Source of the DNA: Opitutaceae bacterium
GTDB lineage: Bacteria; Verrucomicrobiota; Verrucomicrobiia; Opitutales; Opitutaceae
NCBI GenBank assembly: GCA_036824825.1
Contig: DAISZL010000003.1
Span: 14,626-78,625, forward strand
DNA: 64,000 bases
Direction of reading: 5' to 3'
The notes below the pieces were generated by a model, which did not search any database, had not been told where the DNA came from, and was given only the letters and a program-made list of their open reading frames with translations. Below, piece by piece: positions 20,074 through 29,819 of the stretch. Both the position numbers and the translations under genes were made by a program. Position 1 is the stretch's first letter. Every line of letters begins with the position of its first letter.

Positions 20074-21464
20074 CAGGCTGATTTCCCTAAAGGTATTCCA
20101 CTAAATTCACTATGCTTATGTACTGATTTTTTAGTCATCCAAAAAACTTTATGACCTGTGCTCGACGTTTTTAAATTTCCTTTTTCAGTTTCTATTATTT
20201 TTTCTAAATCATAAAGCTGAACGCCTTTAAGCACATCAAGGGCAGTTAATAATTGAGTATCTTGAATTGGTTCAAAACCAAAGTGTTCTTTAAATTCCTT
20301 AGGATCAGTAATATCCTCACGAGACACTTGCCTATTGATTTTAGCATCATCTTCTGCAGATAAAACAACTTCAACGTGAGGTGAAACACCTTTTTGATGA
20401 ATAAGTTTTCCATTCGGTGTATAGTAATGAGCAGTCGTTAATCGTAGTGCCTCTCCGCTCGCGAGTTTAATGATCGTTTGCACAGAACCCTTACCAAAAG
20501 AGCGCTCACCAACTACTATTGCTTTACCTGTATCTTTAAGTGCACCCGTCACAATTTCTGCAGCACTCGCAGATCCCTCATTAATTAAAATAGCCACAGG
20601 CATAACTAGCGCCTCACCTTCTGTTTCAGATTTAAATTCCTCTTTATCGGTAGGTTTTCTACCTTGGGTATAAACGATCAAATCACCCTTTTTAAAGAAA
20701 GGTTCAGCAACTTCCACTGCTGCATCTAACAATCCTCCTGGATTATCGCGCAAATCTATCACTAACGCTTGTATATTTTTCTCAAGCAGTGCGTTAAGTT
20801 TTTTCCAAAACTGTTCACCGGTATTATCTGAAAATTCTGTAATACGTAGATAGCCTATATTTTGATCTAAGACTTTTTCACCTATCACACTGTTTACGTT
20901 AATAATTTCACGCGTGATATTAAAACTAAGTGTCTTATTCAGTGAGGGTCTAAATACGGATACAGCAACATCGGTTTTTGGTTTTCCACGTAACCGTTCA
21001 ACAGCTTCCTGCATCTTTGCTGTATGCTCGACACTAAAACCATCAATCGTGGAAATATAGTCACCACGTTTTAATCCTACTTTATCACTCGGAGCATTAG
21101 GCGTTACAGCCACAATCGTTAAGTGACCTTGATGAAGTTCCACCTCTATTCCCACCCCACCAAATTTTCCATCCAGGTCTTCTTCAAATGCTTTATTATC
21201 TTTTGATTCCAAAAATTCCGAATGAGGATCTAAACTTTCAACCATGCCGTGCAAGGCGTAGTGAGCGAGTTTATCATAACTTGCTTTATCAGCATCTACA
21301 TAATTCTCGTTTACAATACGAAGCACACCCTTGACGGAGGTAGAGGCCTTCTCGAGTTCATGCCCGGGGAATAATCCCCATAAGAGCGCAAGCGGAGCAA
21401 CGCTTAGAAAAACTCCTAGGCTTAAGCGTTTAGCAACTGAAGCGTTATGTATGCCCTTTAGCAT
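20073..21464 (-). CDS. carboxy-terminal processing peptidase (S41 family)
   Basis: 463 aa with a signal/anchor, a PDZ domain, the catalytic GSASAAEI Ser and the GKGSVQ Lys motif. Confidence 0.9.
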   Translation of the reverse strand: MLKGIHNASVAKRLSLGVFLSVAPLALLWGLFPGHELEKASTSVKGVLRIVNENYVDADKASYDKLAHYALHGMVESLDPHSEFLESKDNKAFEEDLDGKFGGVGIEVELHQGHLTIVAVTPNAPSDKVGLKRGDYISTIDGFSVEHTAKMQEAVERLRGKPKTDVAVSVFRPSLNKTLSFNITREIINVNSVIGEKVLDQNIGYLRITEFSDNTGEQFWKKLNALLEKNIQALVIDLRDNPGGLLDAAVEVAEPFFKKGDLIVYTQGRKPTDKEEFKSETEGEALVMPVAILINEGSASAAEIVTGALKDTGKAIVVGERSFGKGSVQTIIKLASGEALRLTTAHYYTPNGKLIHQKGVSPHVEVVLSAEDDAKINRQVSREDITDPKEFKEHFGFEPIQDTQLLTALDVLKGVQLYDLEKIIETEKGNLKTSSTGHKVFWMTKKSVHKHSEFSGIPLGKSA

Positions 21465-21467
21465 AGT

Positions 21468-22541
21468 TTGAAGTGTGACAATGCCTTGAAGATTGTAAAC
21501 ATTACGCCACTTCCCTTTAGTAAGTTTATCGTGAGTGAATTAAACCACATTTCAGCACATAAGCCGGACATCTATGAGGTCCTATCATCTGAAATGTCAA
21601 AGGGTGACCTCTCCTTTGAAAAATTCATGCAGCTTTGCCTCTATCATCCAACGCTTGGCTATTACACAAAGGCGCGTAAACGCATAGGGCTTAACCAAGA
21701 AGCTGATTTCTATACAGCAAGTAGTTCAAACCCTGTATTTGGCGAATTAATTATCGCTGCCTGTAAAGACTTGCTGAAAGACAAACCTATTGGTGACTAC
21801 ACGTTCGTAGAACTTGGCGCAGAACGCACCCTAGATAATCCAGCTAAAGCGAACGGTATACTAAGTTCACTCACTCATCCTTTTAAAGAAGTCATCTCCA
21901 TAGGAAACAATGACCAGATGTCACTCGAAGGTCCTTGTGTCGTTTTTTCCAATGAGCTTTTTGATGCACAACCGTTTAGACGTTTTAAATTTATTAATAA
22001 TCAGTGGAGAGAATTAGGAGTCAGTTTACGTGACGGTATTCTCTGTGAAATAGAATTACCAACCCCGGTGACTACTGATTATTTACCTAAAAGTGCTCCC
22101 GAGGGATATCATATTGATTCCCCTGAACTTTCTGTAGCACTACTCAAAAAAATTACCTCTCAACCGTGGTCTGGGCTCTTTATAGCCTGCGATTATGGTA
22201 AGAGCTGGGAAAACCTGATTCACGAAACACCGCAAGGGACAGCTCGTGCTTATTATCATCATACCCAATCCAATGACTTACTCGCCAATCCAGGCGATCA
22301 AGACCTCACCTGTCATGTGTGCTGGGATTGGCTCATGAATGCCCTAAAAGAGGCTCAATTTGACTCCGTAAGCTTACAATCGCAGGAAGCTTTCTTTGTA
22401 AACCATAGCGGATCCTGGATTAGCGCAGAAATAGCCAAAGAAGCAGGTCAATTTAGCCCTAAAAAACGCTCTTTGATGCAACTTATTCACCCCTCTCACC
22501 TCGGAGCTAAATTCCAGATAATCAACGCTTCACGCAGTTAA
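21468..22541 (+). CDS. SAM-dependent methyltransferase, DUF185 (MidA/NDUFAF7-like)
   Basis: Carries the motifs FMQLCLYHPTLGYYT, FVELGAE and VVFSNELFDAQP. The true start is probably internal (for example GTG at 21531), because the ORF-track start leaves only 3 nt to the divergent ctp start. Confidence 0.7.
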   Translation: MKCDNALKIVNITPLPFSKFIVSELNHISAHKPDIYEVLSSEMSKGDLSFEKFMQLCLYHPTLGYYTKARKRIGLNQEADFYTASSSNPVFGELIIAACKDLLKDKPIGDYTFVELGAERTLDNPAKANGILSSLTHPFKEVISIGNNDQMSLEGPCVVFSNELFDAQPFRRFKFINNQWRELGVSLRDGILCEIELPTPVTTDYLPKSAPEGYHIDSPELSVALLKKITSQPWSGLFIACDYGKSWENLIHETPQGTARAYYHHTQSNDLLANPGDQDLTCHVCWDWLMNALKEAQFDSVSLQSQEAFFVNHSGSWISAEIAKEAGQFSPKKRSLMQLIHPSHLGAKFQIINASRS

Positions 22542-22623
22542 AATGTCGAAAATAGTATCTTTTGCCCTTGCCAGCAGCTAAACCAAACTTTTACATAGAC
22601 CCTTTTAACAACAGGAAACCACC

Positions 22624-22854
22624 ATGGCTAGAGTCTGCGCAATCACAGGTCGTCGCCCCGTCAAGGGCAACATTATCAACCGCAAGGGACAAACCAAGAA
22701 GAGCGGAGGCATCGGCACGCACGTGACGAGCATCACTCCTCGTAAGTTCCGTCCTAATCTCCAAAAAGTGAAGGTAAAACTTCCTAATGGTGGCACAAAA
22801 CGTATTTGGGTATCCGTAAAGGCACTCAAAGCAGGTTTAGTTCAGAAAGCTTAA
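22624..22854 (+). CDS. rpmB: 50S ribosomal protein L28
   Basis: 76 aa starting MARVCAITGRRPVKGNIINRKGQ..., which is canonical L28. Confidence 0.93.
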   Translation: MARVCAITGRRPVKGNIINRKGQTKKSGGIGTHVTSITPRKFRPNLQKVKVKLPNGGTKRIWVSVKALKAGLVQKA

Positions 22855-22866
22855 GCTTTCTTTTAT
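22844..22866 (+). terminator. putative rpmB intrinsic terminator
   Basis: Palindrome AGAAAGC-TTAA-GCTTTCT (7-bp stem) overlapping the rpmB stop codon and followed by a T-run (22861-22864). The stem is AT-rich, so this is a weak call. Confidence 0.4.
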
Positions 22867-22872
22867 CATTTC

Positions 22873-22912
22873 CTTTAAAGCTAGAAGAGTAACTTACTCT
22901 TTAGCTTTAAAG
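22873..22912. other. long imperfect hairpin (about 18 bp, one bulge, 3-nt loop) between convergent rpmB and fabF
   Basis: I paired 22873-22883 with 22902-22912 and 22885-22891 with 22895-22901, with G22884 bulged. The right arm contains the fabF stop codon. There is no U-tract on either strand. Confidence 0.4.
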
Positions 22913-24157
22913 TCCTCTAAATACAGCGGCGGCGTTTTGACCGCCAAAGCCTAGATTGTTACTGAGTACGGTACGTACTTTTGATTCACGAGCTTTGTGT
23001 GGGACATAGTCCAAATCACACTCTGGATCAGGCTCTGTTAAATTGATGGTAGGTGCTATGTGCCCTGTCTGGATTGTCTTTACTGCAATCACAGATTCAA
23101 TACCGCCTGCTGCGCCAAGTAAGTGGCCAGTCATGGATTTAGTCGAACTCACAGCAAGTTTCGATGCATGATCACCAAACACTTTTTTAATCGCTAGGGT
23201 TTCAAAGCGGTCATTGTAAGGGGTCGAAGTACCATGCGCATTGATGTAATCAACCTCGGTTGTATTTACCTGGGCTGACTCAAGTGCTCTACGCATAGCA
23301 AGTGATAGTCCACGGCCTTCCGGATCAGGCATCGTGATGTGATGCGCGTCGCTCGTTGCTGCGTAGCCTACTAATTCACAGTAAATTCTAGCACCGCGTT
23401 TTTGTGCGTGCTCAAGGGATTCTAAAACTAGAACGCCAGCTCCTTCTCCCATAACAAATCCATCACGTCCTTTATCAAAAGGACGACTCGAGCCTTGAGG
23501 ATCATCATTGCGAGTACTCATGGCTTTCATTGCGCAAAAACTTGCGTAGGCAAACGGTGTGATTGCTGCCTCTGCTCCACCAGCAATCATCACATCAACT
23601 TCTCCACGGCGAATACAATGAGCAGCTTCACCGAGTGCATGCGTTCCAGAAGCACACGCTGAAACTACACCGAAATTAGGTCCACGTGCCCCATACTTAA
23701 TCGCTACAAGCCCTGAACAAATATTTCCTATCAGTGCTGGAATCGTGAAAGGGGAAATCTTACGAGGGCCTTTTTCTGCAAGCACCTTAAGCTGTGATTC
23801 GTAGGTGTACATACCACCTATACCAGAGCCAATCATAACGCCTACTCTATCACCATCTATTGCTTCAAAATTAATACCGCAATCTTCAGCAGCCTGAGTT
23901 GCAGCTACGTATCCAAAATGTGTATACCTATCATTACGGCGTACTTCTTTTGGATCCATAACTTTAGTTGGATCCCAGTTTCTTACTTCAGCACCTATCT
24001 GACTTGCATAAGGTGATGGATCAAAAAGGGAAATACGATCTATGCCACATTTTCCAGCAAGTAAGCTTGCCCAAAATGTATTAACATCGTGGCCTAGGGA
24101 TGTAACAACACCTAGACCCGTAATAACAACGCGACGACTAGAATTCGAAGGCTGCAT
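22907..24157 (-). CDS. fabF: 3-oxoacyl-ACP synthase II
   Basis: 416 aa with the active-site Cys in SACASGTHA, the His pair ([16 protein letters not shown]) and GHLLGAAG. Confidence 0.95.
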   Translation of the reverse strand: MQPSNSSRRVVITGLGVVTSLGHDVNTFWASLLAGKCGIDRISLFDPSPYASQIGAEVRNWDPTKVMDPKEVRRNDRYTHFGYVAATQAAEDCGINFEAIDGDRVGVMIGSGIGGMYTYESQLKVLAEKGPRKISPFTIPALIGNICSGLVAIKYGARGPNFGVVSACASGTHALGEAAHCIRRGEVDVMIAGGAEAAITPFAYASFCAMKAMSTRNDDPQGSSRPFDKGRDGFVMGEGAGVLVLESLEHAQKRGARIYCELVGYAATSDAHHITMPDPEGRGLSLAMRRALESAQVNTTEVDYINAHGTSTPYNDRFETLAIKKVFGDHASKLAVSSTKSMTGHLLGAAGGIESVIAVKTIQTGHIAPTINLTEPDPECDLDYVPHKARESKVRTVLSNNLGFGGQNAAAVFRGL

Positions 24158-24192
24158 AGCCCAGCCAACTTAACGTGGCCTGTGGAGCTAAA

Positions 24193-24456
24193 TTAAGCCT
24201 GACCAGCCTTAGCCTTGATATAATCAATGACTTGGCCAACGGTTTGAAGCTTCTCAGCGTCTGATTCAGGAATTTCTCCCTTAATCTCATCTTTGAATTC
24301 TTCTTCAAAAGCCATAATAAGCTCAACGGTGTCGAGCGAATCTGCACCTAAGTCATTAAGAAATGAAGCCGTTGGTGTGATCTGATCTTCGTTAACATTA
24401 AGCTGGTTAACGATAATCTCTTTGACGCGTTGTTCGATTGATTTTTGGTCTGCCAT
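24193..24456 (-). CDS. acpP: acyl carrier protein
   Basis: Start set at [14 protein letters not shown] (ATG at 24456). Phosphopantetheine site [11 protein letters not shown]. The 11-aa extension in the ORF track overlaps fabG. Confidence 0.95.
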   Translation of the reverse strand: MADQKSIEQRVKEIIVNQLNVNEDQITPTASFLNDLGADSLDTVELIMAFEEEFKDEIKGEIPESDAEKLQTVGQVIDYIKAKAGQA

Positions 24457-24485
24457 TTTGAATGGATCTTGTTGATAGCGAGCCT

Positions 24486-25235
24486 TCACATAGCCATGCC
24501 CCCGTCAACCGCAAAAACTTGTCCTGTAATATATCCTGCCTCTTCTGAGCATAAAAAGGCGGTCATATTTGCTATATCTGAAGCCTCCCCAAATCTCTTA
24601 AGTGGCACAGCTTCAAGGACTTTTGCAGCTATATCGGGCTGATTTACAAAGTCGGTAGTCATATCTGTCTTAATAAACCCAGGAGCCACCGCATTTACCG
24701 TAATATTTCGGGATGCGAACTCTTTTGCGAGGGTTTTGGTCAATCCTATCATACCTGCCTTGGCAGCAGAATAATTAGCCTGCCCTGCATTTCCCATGAC
24801 ACCACTCACGGAAGCCATGTTAACAATACGTCCCCAACGGGCACGTGTCATTGGACGAGCTAAGTGTTTTGTCCAGTGAAAGCAGCTGGTGAGATTAGTA
24901 GTAATGACATCATTCCAATCCGTATCACTCATTCTGAATAATAATCCGTCACGAGTAATACCTGCGTTATTTACTAAGATATCAATCGCAGGAAATTCTT
25001 TAAGCAGTGACTCGCAGGCCTGAGCAACCGCTGCACCATCAGCCACATCGACTGCCAATGCTTTTGCTTTTCCACCGGATGCAACAATAGAAGCTGCTAC
25101 AGCCCCACATGAATCTGCTGATTTTGATACGCATATAACCGTGACACCGTGTTTAGCTAGTGTCTCAGCAATTGCTTTACCAATACCACGTCCTGCGCCT
25201 GTAACGAGAGCTGTTCTATTATTAAAAGTAAGCAT
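24486..25235 (-). CDS. fabG: 3-oxoacyl-ACP reductase
   Basis: 249-aa SDR with [16 protein letters not shown] and YSAAKAG. It sits immediately upstream of acpP. Confidence 0.93.
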   Translation of the reverse strand: MLTFNNRTALVTGAGRGIGKAIAETLAKHGVTVICVSKSADSCGAVAASIVASGGKAKALAVDVADGAAVAQACESLLKEFPAIDILVNNAGITRDGLLFRMSDTDWNDVITTNLTSCFHWTKHLARPMTRARWGRIVNMASVSGVMGNAGQANYSAAKAGMIGLTKTLAKEFASRNITVNAVAPGFIKTDMTTDFVNQPDIAAKVLEAVPLKRFGEASDIANMTAFLCSEEAGYITGQVFAVDGGMAM

Positions 25236-25282
25236 GTATAGGGATAGATTTCTCTAACCCTAATCGCTTCGCTTGTGACTCG

Positions 25283-26446
25283 TCAATAAACGTCGCGTTG
25301 ATACCTGCGGTCTTTTTTCAGCTCTTTAACGAAGACAATTGCCTCTTCCGGAGTTAAACCACCCTCTTTTGAGACAATTTCATGCAGAGCCTGATCTACG
25401 TCTTTAGCCATGCGTTTTGCATCACCGCAGACATACAGATGAGCCCCCTTACTTAGCCACTGCCATAGCTCCTTAGATGCCTCACGCATTCTATCCTGCA
25501 CATATACTTTCTTTTCCTGATCGCGTGAAAATGCCGTATCTAATCGAGTGAGCACCCCTGATTTTAAATACTGAGCCCACTCCTCTTCGTAGAGAAAATC
25601 GGTTTTACTGTGCTGATCACCAAAGAATAACCATGCTCTACCACTCCCTGGTTTCGCTGCTAACTCCTGGGTAAACGCTCTAAATGGAGCAACTCCCGTT
25701 CCAGGTCCAATCATAATCACATCCTTAGAACGGTCTTCGGGTAATTTGAAATGTGAGTTTGTCACAAATACCGGAATCGGTGTTTCTGCTAAACTTACTC
25801 GGTCTGCTAAAAAGGTAGAACATACACCAAACCGTTTACGGTTATTAGTCGTATACCGCACAATCGCGACTGTGAGATGAATGTGTCTAGGACTAAAAAG
25901 AGGTGAAGACGCAATCGAATACAAACGAGGCATAAGCCTACGCAGATTATCCACAAATTCTTGTGGTGTTAGTTTTGCGCTCGGAAAACTCTGAAGTAAA
26001 TCAACAAAGTGACGCTCTTCTAAATAAGCCATCGCCTGTGGTTTTGCCTCCGCGAGAAGTAAAGCGTCTAGTTCAGCTTTTTCTTTTTGATCGGTTACTT
26101 TAGAACCAAGAAGGGTTAGAAATTTTAAAGTTGGACCTGAAAGTGCAAGTTTCGACGTGAGGGCATCCTTAAGAGAAATTGGCTCCGTCGCCTTTGGTAG
26201 CATGACAGGCTCAGATCCGGTTGCACCTAAAGCTGCAATCAGCTCCACAACATCTTCGGCTCTGTTCGTTGAGTAAATACCGAGCGAATCCCCTGAGGCA
26301 TAGATTAAATCACTTCCTGTTAAATCAATGACGAAATGCCGCGTCTCCTTAGAGGATCCTTCCTTATTGAGCATTCTAGCTTCAGTAGCACGGGCCAAAA
26401 AAGGGTTATCTTTTGTATAGAGGGAAGAGGTGGTAGCTTCAGACAT
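25283..26446 (-). CDS. stand-alone FAD/NADPH-binding reductase domain (CysJ / P450-reductase C-terminal type, no flavodoxin domain)
   Basis: 387 aa with RLYSIASS (FAD), GPGTGVAPFRAF (NADPH) and the C-terminal YVCGDAKRMAKDV...RYQRDVY, typical of the diflavin-reductase FNR module. Confidence 0.75.
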   Translation of the reverse strand: MSEATTSSLYTKDNPFLARATEARMLNKEGSSKETRHFVIDLTGSDLIYASGDSLGIYSTNRAEDVVELIAALGATGSEPVMLPKATEPISLKDALTSKLALSGPTLKFLTLLGSKVTDQKEKAELDALLLAEAKPQAMAYLEERHFVDLLQSFPSAKLTPQEFVDNLRRLMPRLYSIASSPLFSPRHIHLTVAIVRYTTNNRKRFGVCSTFLADRVSLAETPIPVFVTNSHFKLPEDRSKDVIMIGPGTGVAPFRAFTQELAAKPGSGRAWLFFGDQHSKTDFLYEEEWAQYLKSGVLTRLDTAFSRDQEKKVYVQDRMREASKELWQWLSKGAHLYVCGDAKRMAKDVDQALHEIVSKEGGLTPEEAIVFVKELKKDRRYQRDVY

Positions 26447-26564
26447 TACTTAAAATCTAGTCAAAATCTTAAAAAGTGAGCAAGCGCCAAGCCTAAGCTA
26501 ATATTGTTATATTCGATGGCAAAGCTTGCGCATAGTGAAGTTTTTGAGTGCTCTAGTTACTGTC

Positions 26565-27347
26565 ATGGAATCATCAGAAATACGGGTACAAAAATTGATT
26601 GCAGATGCCGGAATATGTTCACGGCGGGCTGCGGATGCCCTGATTTCACAAGGTGAAGTTTGGATTAATGGAAAAATCGCTGTCCTAGGACAAAAAGTAG
26701 ATCCAGAGGTTGATAAAATTACCGTCTCTGGAAAACCACTGCGCAAACTCTCCCAGCCTAAAATTACACTGGTAGTTAATAAACCACGTGGACTAATTTG
26801 CTCTAACAACGATCCTTACAATCCAGATACCGTTTTTAGTATTCTTCCTAAAGAATTACGTAAATTTCGTTTTTTCTGCGCAGGACGTTTAGATAAAGAC
26901 AGTGAAGGGTTACTCGTCTTAACGACAGATGGTGAATTAGCTAATCGCTTAATGCATCCTTCAAACCATGTGGTGAAGCGCTACCACGTCAGTTTATCTG
27001 AACCCTACCCTGTACAACATTTACCAAAACTAATACGCGGGGTTGTGGTTGAAGGAGAACGCTTGAAAGTAGAACGTGCTACCTTAATTGGTGCAGGAGC
27101 AAGCAAAGCATCCACCGAACTCGATGTGCACATGCACCATGGCAAAAAGCGTGAAATTCGTCAGCTATTCACCGTCTATCGCTATGAGGTAAAACGACTC
27201 CGCCGCTACCAAATTGGAGCAATTCGCCTACAGGGAATCCCATTGCGCGGAGGCAAACAACTCTCTACAAAAGAGATCGAAGCTTTATTCAAATCTCCAC
27301 GTACACCACGCGGGGAACATACTGTATCTTCAGACACTCATACCTAA
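26565..27347 (+). CDS. pseudouridine synthase, RsuA/RluB family (S4 domain + catalytic domain)
   Basis: Start set at MESSEIRVQKLIADAGICSRRAAD (ATG at 26565). Carries the catalytic motif GRLDKDSEGLLVLT. Confidence 0.88.
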   Translation: MESSEIRVQKLIADAGICSRRAADALISQGEVWINGKIAVLGQKVDPEVDKITVSGKPLRKLSQPKITLVVNKPRGLICSNNDPYNPDTVFSILPKELRKFRFFCAGRLDKDSEGLLVLTTDGELANRLMHPSNHVVKRYHVSLSEPYPVQHLPKLIRGVVVEGERLKVERATLIGAGASKASTELDVHMHHGKKREIRQLFTVYRYEVKRLRRYQIGAIRLQGIPLRGGKQLSTKEIEALFKSPRTPRGEHTVSSDTHT

Positions 27348-27351
27348 ACCT

Positions 27352-28131
27352 ATGAACTCGCGTATTCGCTTTTCAGTTTTAGCCTTACTCTTAACTGCAG
27401 GAGTAGCCTTCGCTACTCCAGTCATGCAGCCTACAGCGATCTTATCAAAACCAGATGCATCTGGCGCACCCTTAGGTGTTGTGACAGCCGGTACTGAACC
27501 AGAGGCTGCTCCAGCAGGTGAAACAGCTCCTGAAGGCTGGATGGCCGTTAAAGTCGCAGGTCCTTTTGATTTATACATCGAAAATAAAGATCTAACTAAA
27601 GCACTCGATCCTAAAGCAGGTAGCCCACTTCGCTTAGAACCAAAGGCAGATGCTCCTGTGGTTATGTTAGCAAATAAAGGAGATCCATTAACTATCACCG
27701 GATTACGTGGAAAATGGACACGCGTTAAACTCAATAAGGATTTAGTGGGTTATATCCAAACATCCGCCGCACCTCAAAACACCGCTCCTCAAACCGGAGC
27801 ACCAGTCGTTGCAACTCAAATTCCTGTTTCTATCGCACCAGGTAAAGCGGCAGACACAGAACAAAGTGATTCAAAGACAGCACAACCACGTTATTTCGAA
27901 GGTAAACTGCTCTCAACCCACCACACTTTCAGCCTCCACGACTCAATTTATAAATGGGAAATTCAGGATGACACAGGAAGTCGTGTTGCCTATCTCGATA
28001 TTTCTAAAATTACTCAAACCGAACAAATTGATAGCTACGTAGACCATAAAATTCAGGTTTACGGTGTTCCTCGTCTTGAAGTAGGTACGCAATCGATCGT
28101 TGTATCAGTCGAGAGCTTACAGCTTAAATAA
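27352..28131 (+). CDS. secreted protein with SH3b-like domain and unknown C-terminal domain
   Basis: Start set at [23 protein letters not shown] (signal peptide, ATG at 27352). The region [35 protein letters not shown] resembles bacterial SH3. A P/A/Q-rich linker follows, then a domain of about 90 aa that I do not recognise. Confidence 0.5.
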   Translation: MNSRIRFSVLALLLTAGVAFATPVMQPTAILSKPDASGAPLGVVTAGTEPEAAPAGETAPEGWMAVKVAGPFDLYIENKDLTKALDPKAGSPLRLEPKADAPVVMLANKGDPLTITGLRGKWTRVKLNKDLVGYIQTSAAPQNTAPQTGAPVVATQIPVSIAPGKAADTEQSDSKTAQPRYFEGKLLSTHHTFSLHDSIYKWEIQDDTGSRVAYLDISKITQTEQIDSYVDHKIQVYGVPRLEVGTQSIVVSVESLQLK

Positions 28132-28136
28132 TTTTT

Positions 28137-29015
28137 ATGCAATTAATTGACGGCAACGCAATCGCCGCCGAGATCATTTCTGAGCTCAAAACAGAAGTCG
28201 CACAGTTAAGTGGACGTAAGCCTTGTCTTGCGCTCGTACGTGTGGGTGATGATCCCGCTTCCGTCTCTTATGTAAAAAAGAAAGAAAAGACTGCTGAAGA
28301 AATTGGAATCGAAGGTAAGATAATCTTACCACCCGTGACCATTACTCAGGCTGAACTTGAGTCACTCATCGTAAAACTAAACAACGACCCTTTAGTTGAT
28401 GGTATTTTAGTTCAATCACCTCTTCCCGCTCCTTTAGACGAGAAACAGGCATTTAAAAAAATCAGTCCAGAAAAAGACGTAGACGGATTTCATCCAATCA
28501 ATCTTGGAAAAATTGCCCAAGAGGATGACTCTGGTTTTGTTTCCTGCACTCCCGCAGGGATTATGGAACTACTGAGCCGCTCAAAGGTGAGCATGAAGGG
28601 TAAACACGTCGTCGTTTTAGGACGCTCTTTAATTGTTGGAAAACCTGTTGCACTCTTAGCGCTACAAAAAAAAGCTGGGGCAAATGGCACCGTGACGGTG
28701 TGCCACTCAGGTACCGAAAATTTAGCGAGTATTACAAAACAAGCAGACATCCTCATTGCAGCAATTGGTAAACCAGAATTTGTTACGCAAGACATGGTAA
28801 AACCAGGCTGTGTTGTTATTGATGTTGGTATCAACCGTGTTGCTGATGCTACGAAAAAATCTGGCTTTCGTTTAACAGGCGATGTGCATTTCCCGAGTGT
28901 TTCCCCACTCACGTCTCATATCACACCTGTTCCTGGAGGCGTTGGCCCAATGACTGTCGCCATGCTAATGAAGAATACGGTTAAAGCCTATAAGAACCAC
29001 GCTACTGCTAAATAA
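28137..29015 (+). CDS. folD: bifunctional methylenetetrahydrofolate dehydrogenase/cyclohydrolase
   Basis: 292 aa with [14 protein letters not shown], the [11 protein letters not shown] motif and [14 protein letters not shown]. Confidence 0.95.
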   Translation: MQLIDGNAIAAEIISELKTEVAQLSGRKPCLALVRVGDDPASVSYVKKKEKTAEEIGIEGKIILPPVTITQAELESLIVKLNNDPLVDGILVQSPLPAPLDEKQAFKKISPEKDVDGFHPINLGKIAQEDDSGFVSCTPAGIMELLSRSKVSMKGKHVVVLGRSLIVGKPVALLALQKKAGANGTVTVCHSGTENLASITKQADILIAAIGKPEFVTQDMVKPGCVVIDVGINRVADATKKSGFRLTGDVHFPSVSPLTSHITPVPGGVGPMTVAMLMKNTVKAYKNHATAK

Positions 29016-29819
29016 ATGAAAGCTGTTGCATTCATAGGAGCTGGAAACATGGCAAGCGCCATGGTTGAGGGACTACTGAGTAAAAAAGCACTTAGCGCAC
29101 ATTCCATTAAGTGCCTAGGTGGAGCAGGTACGACAGCGACTAACTTAGCTAAAAAAACGGGTATCACTCAGGTATCAACCGCTGAAGCATTACTTGCAGA
29201 TACAGACACCCTAATTGTCGCCTTTAAACCTCAACACTTAGCGTCCCTAGGCTCTCACTATGCAAGCATCACAGAAGGACGCTTAATCGTATCAGTACTT
29301 GCAGGTAAACGTATTGAAACGTTAGCAGCGATATTTCCTAAAGCTCGAAATATCGTGCGCTGTATGCCAAATACCCCAGGTAAAATTGGAGCTGGCATCA
29401 CAGGTTGGTGTTCAAAGTCAGAACTTTCAACTGATGATCAAGTAGCGGTGGCTAATCTCTTAGGGGCTTTAGGGAAAGCCGTACATATCGAAGAGAATCA
29501 AATGGATGCGCTTACGGGAGTAAGTGGAAGCGGTCCAGCCTATGTATTTGAATTTGCAGCAGCTTTACGTGAAGCAGGTATTGAGGCTGGATTAAGTAAA
29601 GATACTTCAGAGACACTTGCTATTGAAACCTTACTTGGTGCAGCGAAGCTTCTAGCCAGTGAGAATAAGCCAGCTGAAGTCTTACGCGATCAAGTGACCT
29701 CCCCTAACGGAACAACATTCGCAGGGCTTAAACGCTTAAGTGAAGGCAGTTTTAGACATTTAATCAAAGAGACGGTACTTGCTGCTAAAAAAAGGTCTGA
29801 AGAACTTTCTAAATCATGA
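29016..29819 (+). CDS. proC: pyrroline-5-carboxylate reductase
   Basis: 267 aa with FIGAGNMASAM (NADP binding) and the C-terminal SPNGTTFAG motif. The start abuts the folD stop codon. Confidence 0.9.
   Translation: MKAVAFIGAGNMASAMVEGLLSKKALSAHSIKCLGGAGTTATNLAKKTGITQVSTAEALLADTDTLIVAFKPQHLASLGSHYASITEGRLIVSVLAGKRIETLAAIFPKARNIVRCMPNTPGKIGAGITGWCSKSELSTDDQVAVANLLGALGKAVHIEENQMDALTGVSGSGPAYVFEFAAALREAGIEAGLSKDTSETLAIETLLGAAKLLASENKPAEVLRDQVTSPNGTTFAGLKRLSEGSFRHLIKETVLAAKKRSEELSKS

Noticed and set aside
21464-21531. Apparent 3-nt divergent spacing between ctp and the DUF185 methyltransferase
   Set aside because: This is not a real bidirectional promoter problem. The methyltransferase ORF-track start (TTG 21468) is most likely too far upstream, and a GTG at 21531 or a later ATG gives a normal N-terminus.
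22605-22829. 74-aa ORF antisense to rpmB
   Set aside because: The L28 reading frame is canonical. The antisense product is a chance open frame.
27330-27734. 134-aa ORF antisense to the SH3b-like protein gene
   Set aside because: It is A/G/S/P-rich because it mirrors the low-complexity region of the sense gene. The sense ORF has a proper signal peptide.
28132-28136. ZTP (pfl) riboswitch upstream of folD
   Set aside because: Only 5 nt separate folD from the preceding CDS, so there is no room for any leader RNA.
28490-28912. 140-aa ORF antisense to folD
   Set aside because: It lies wholly inside and opposite a gene with unmistakable FolD motifs, and I recognise no motifs in it. It is a typical shadow ORF.
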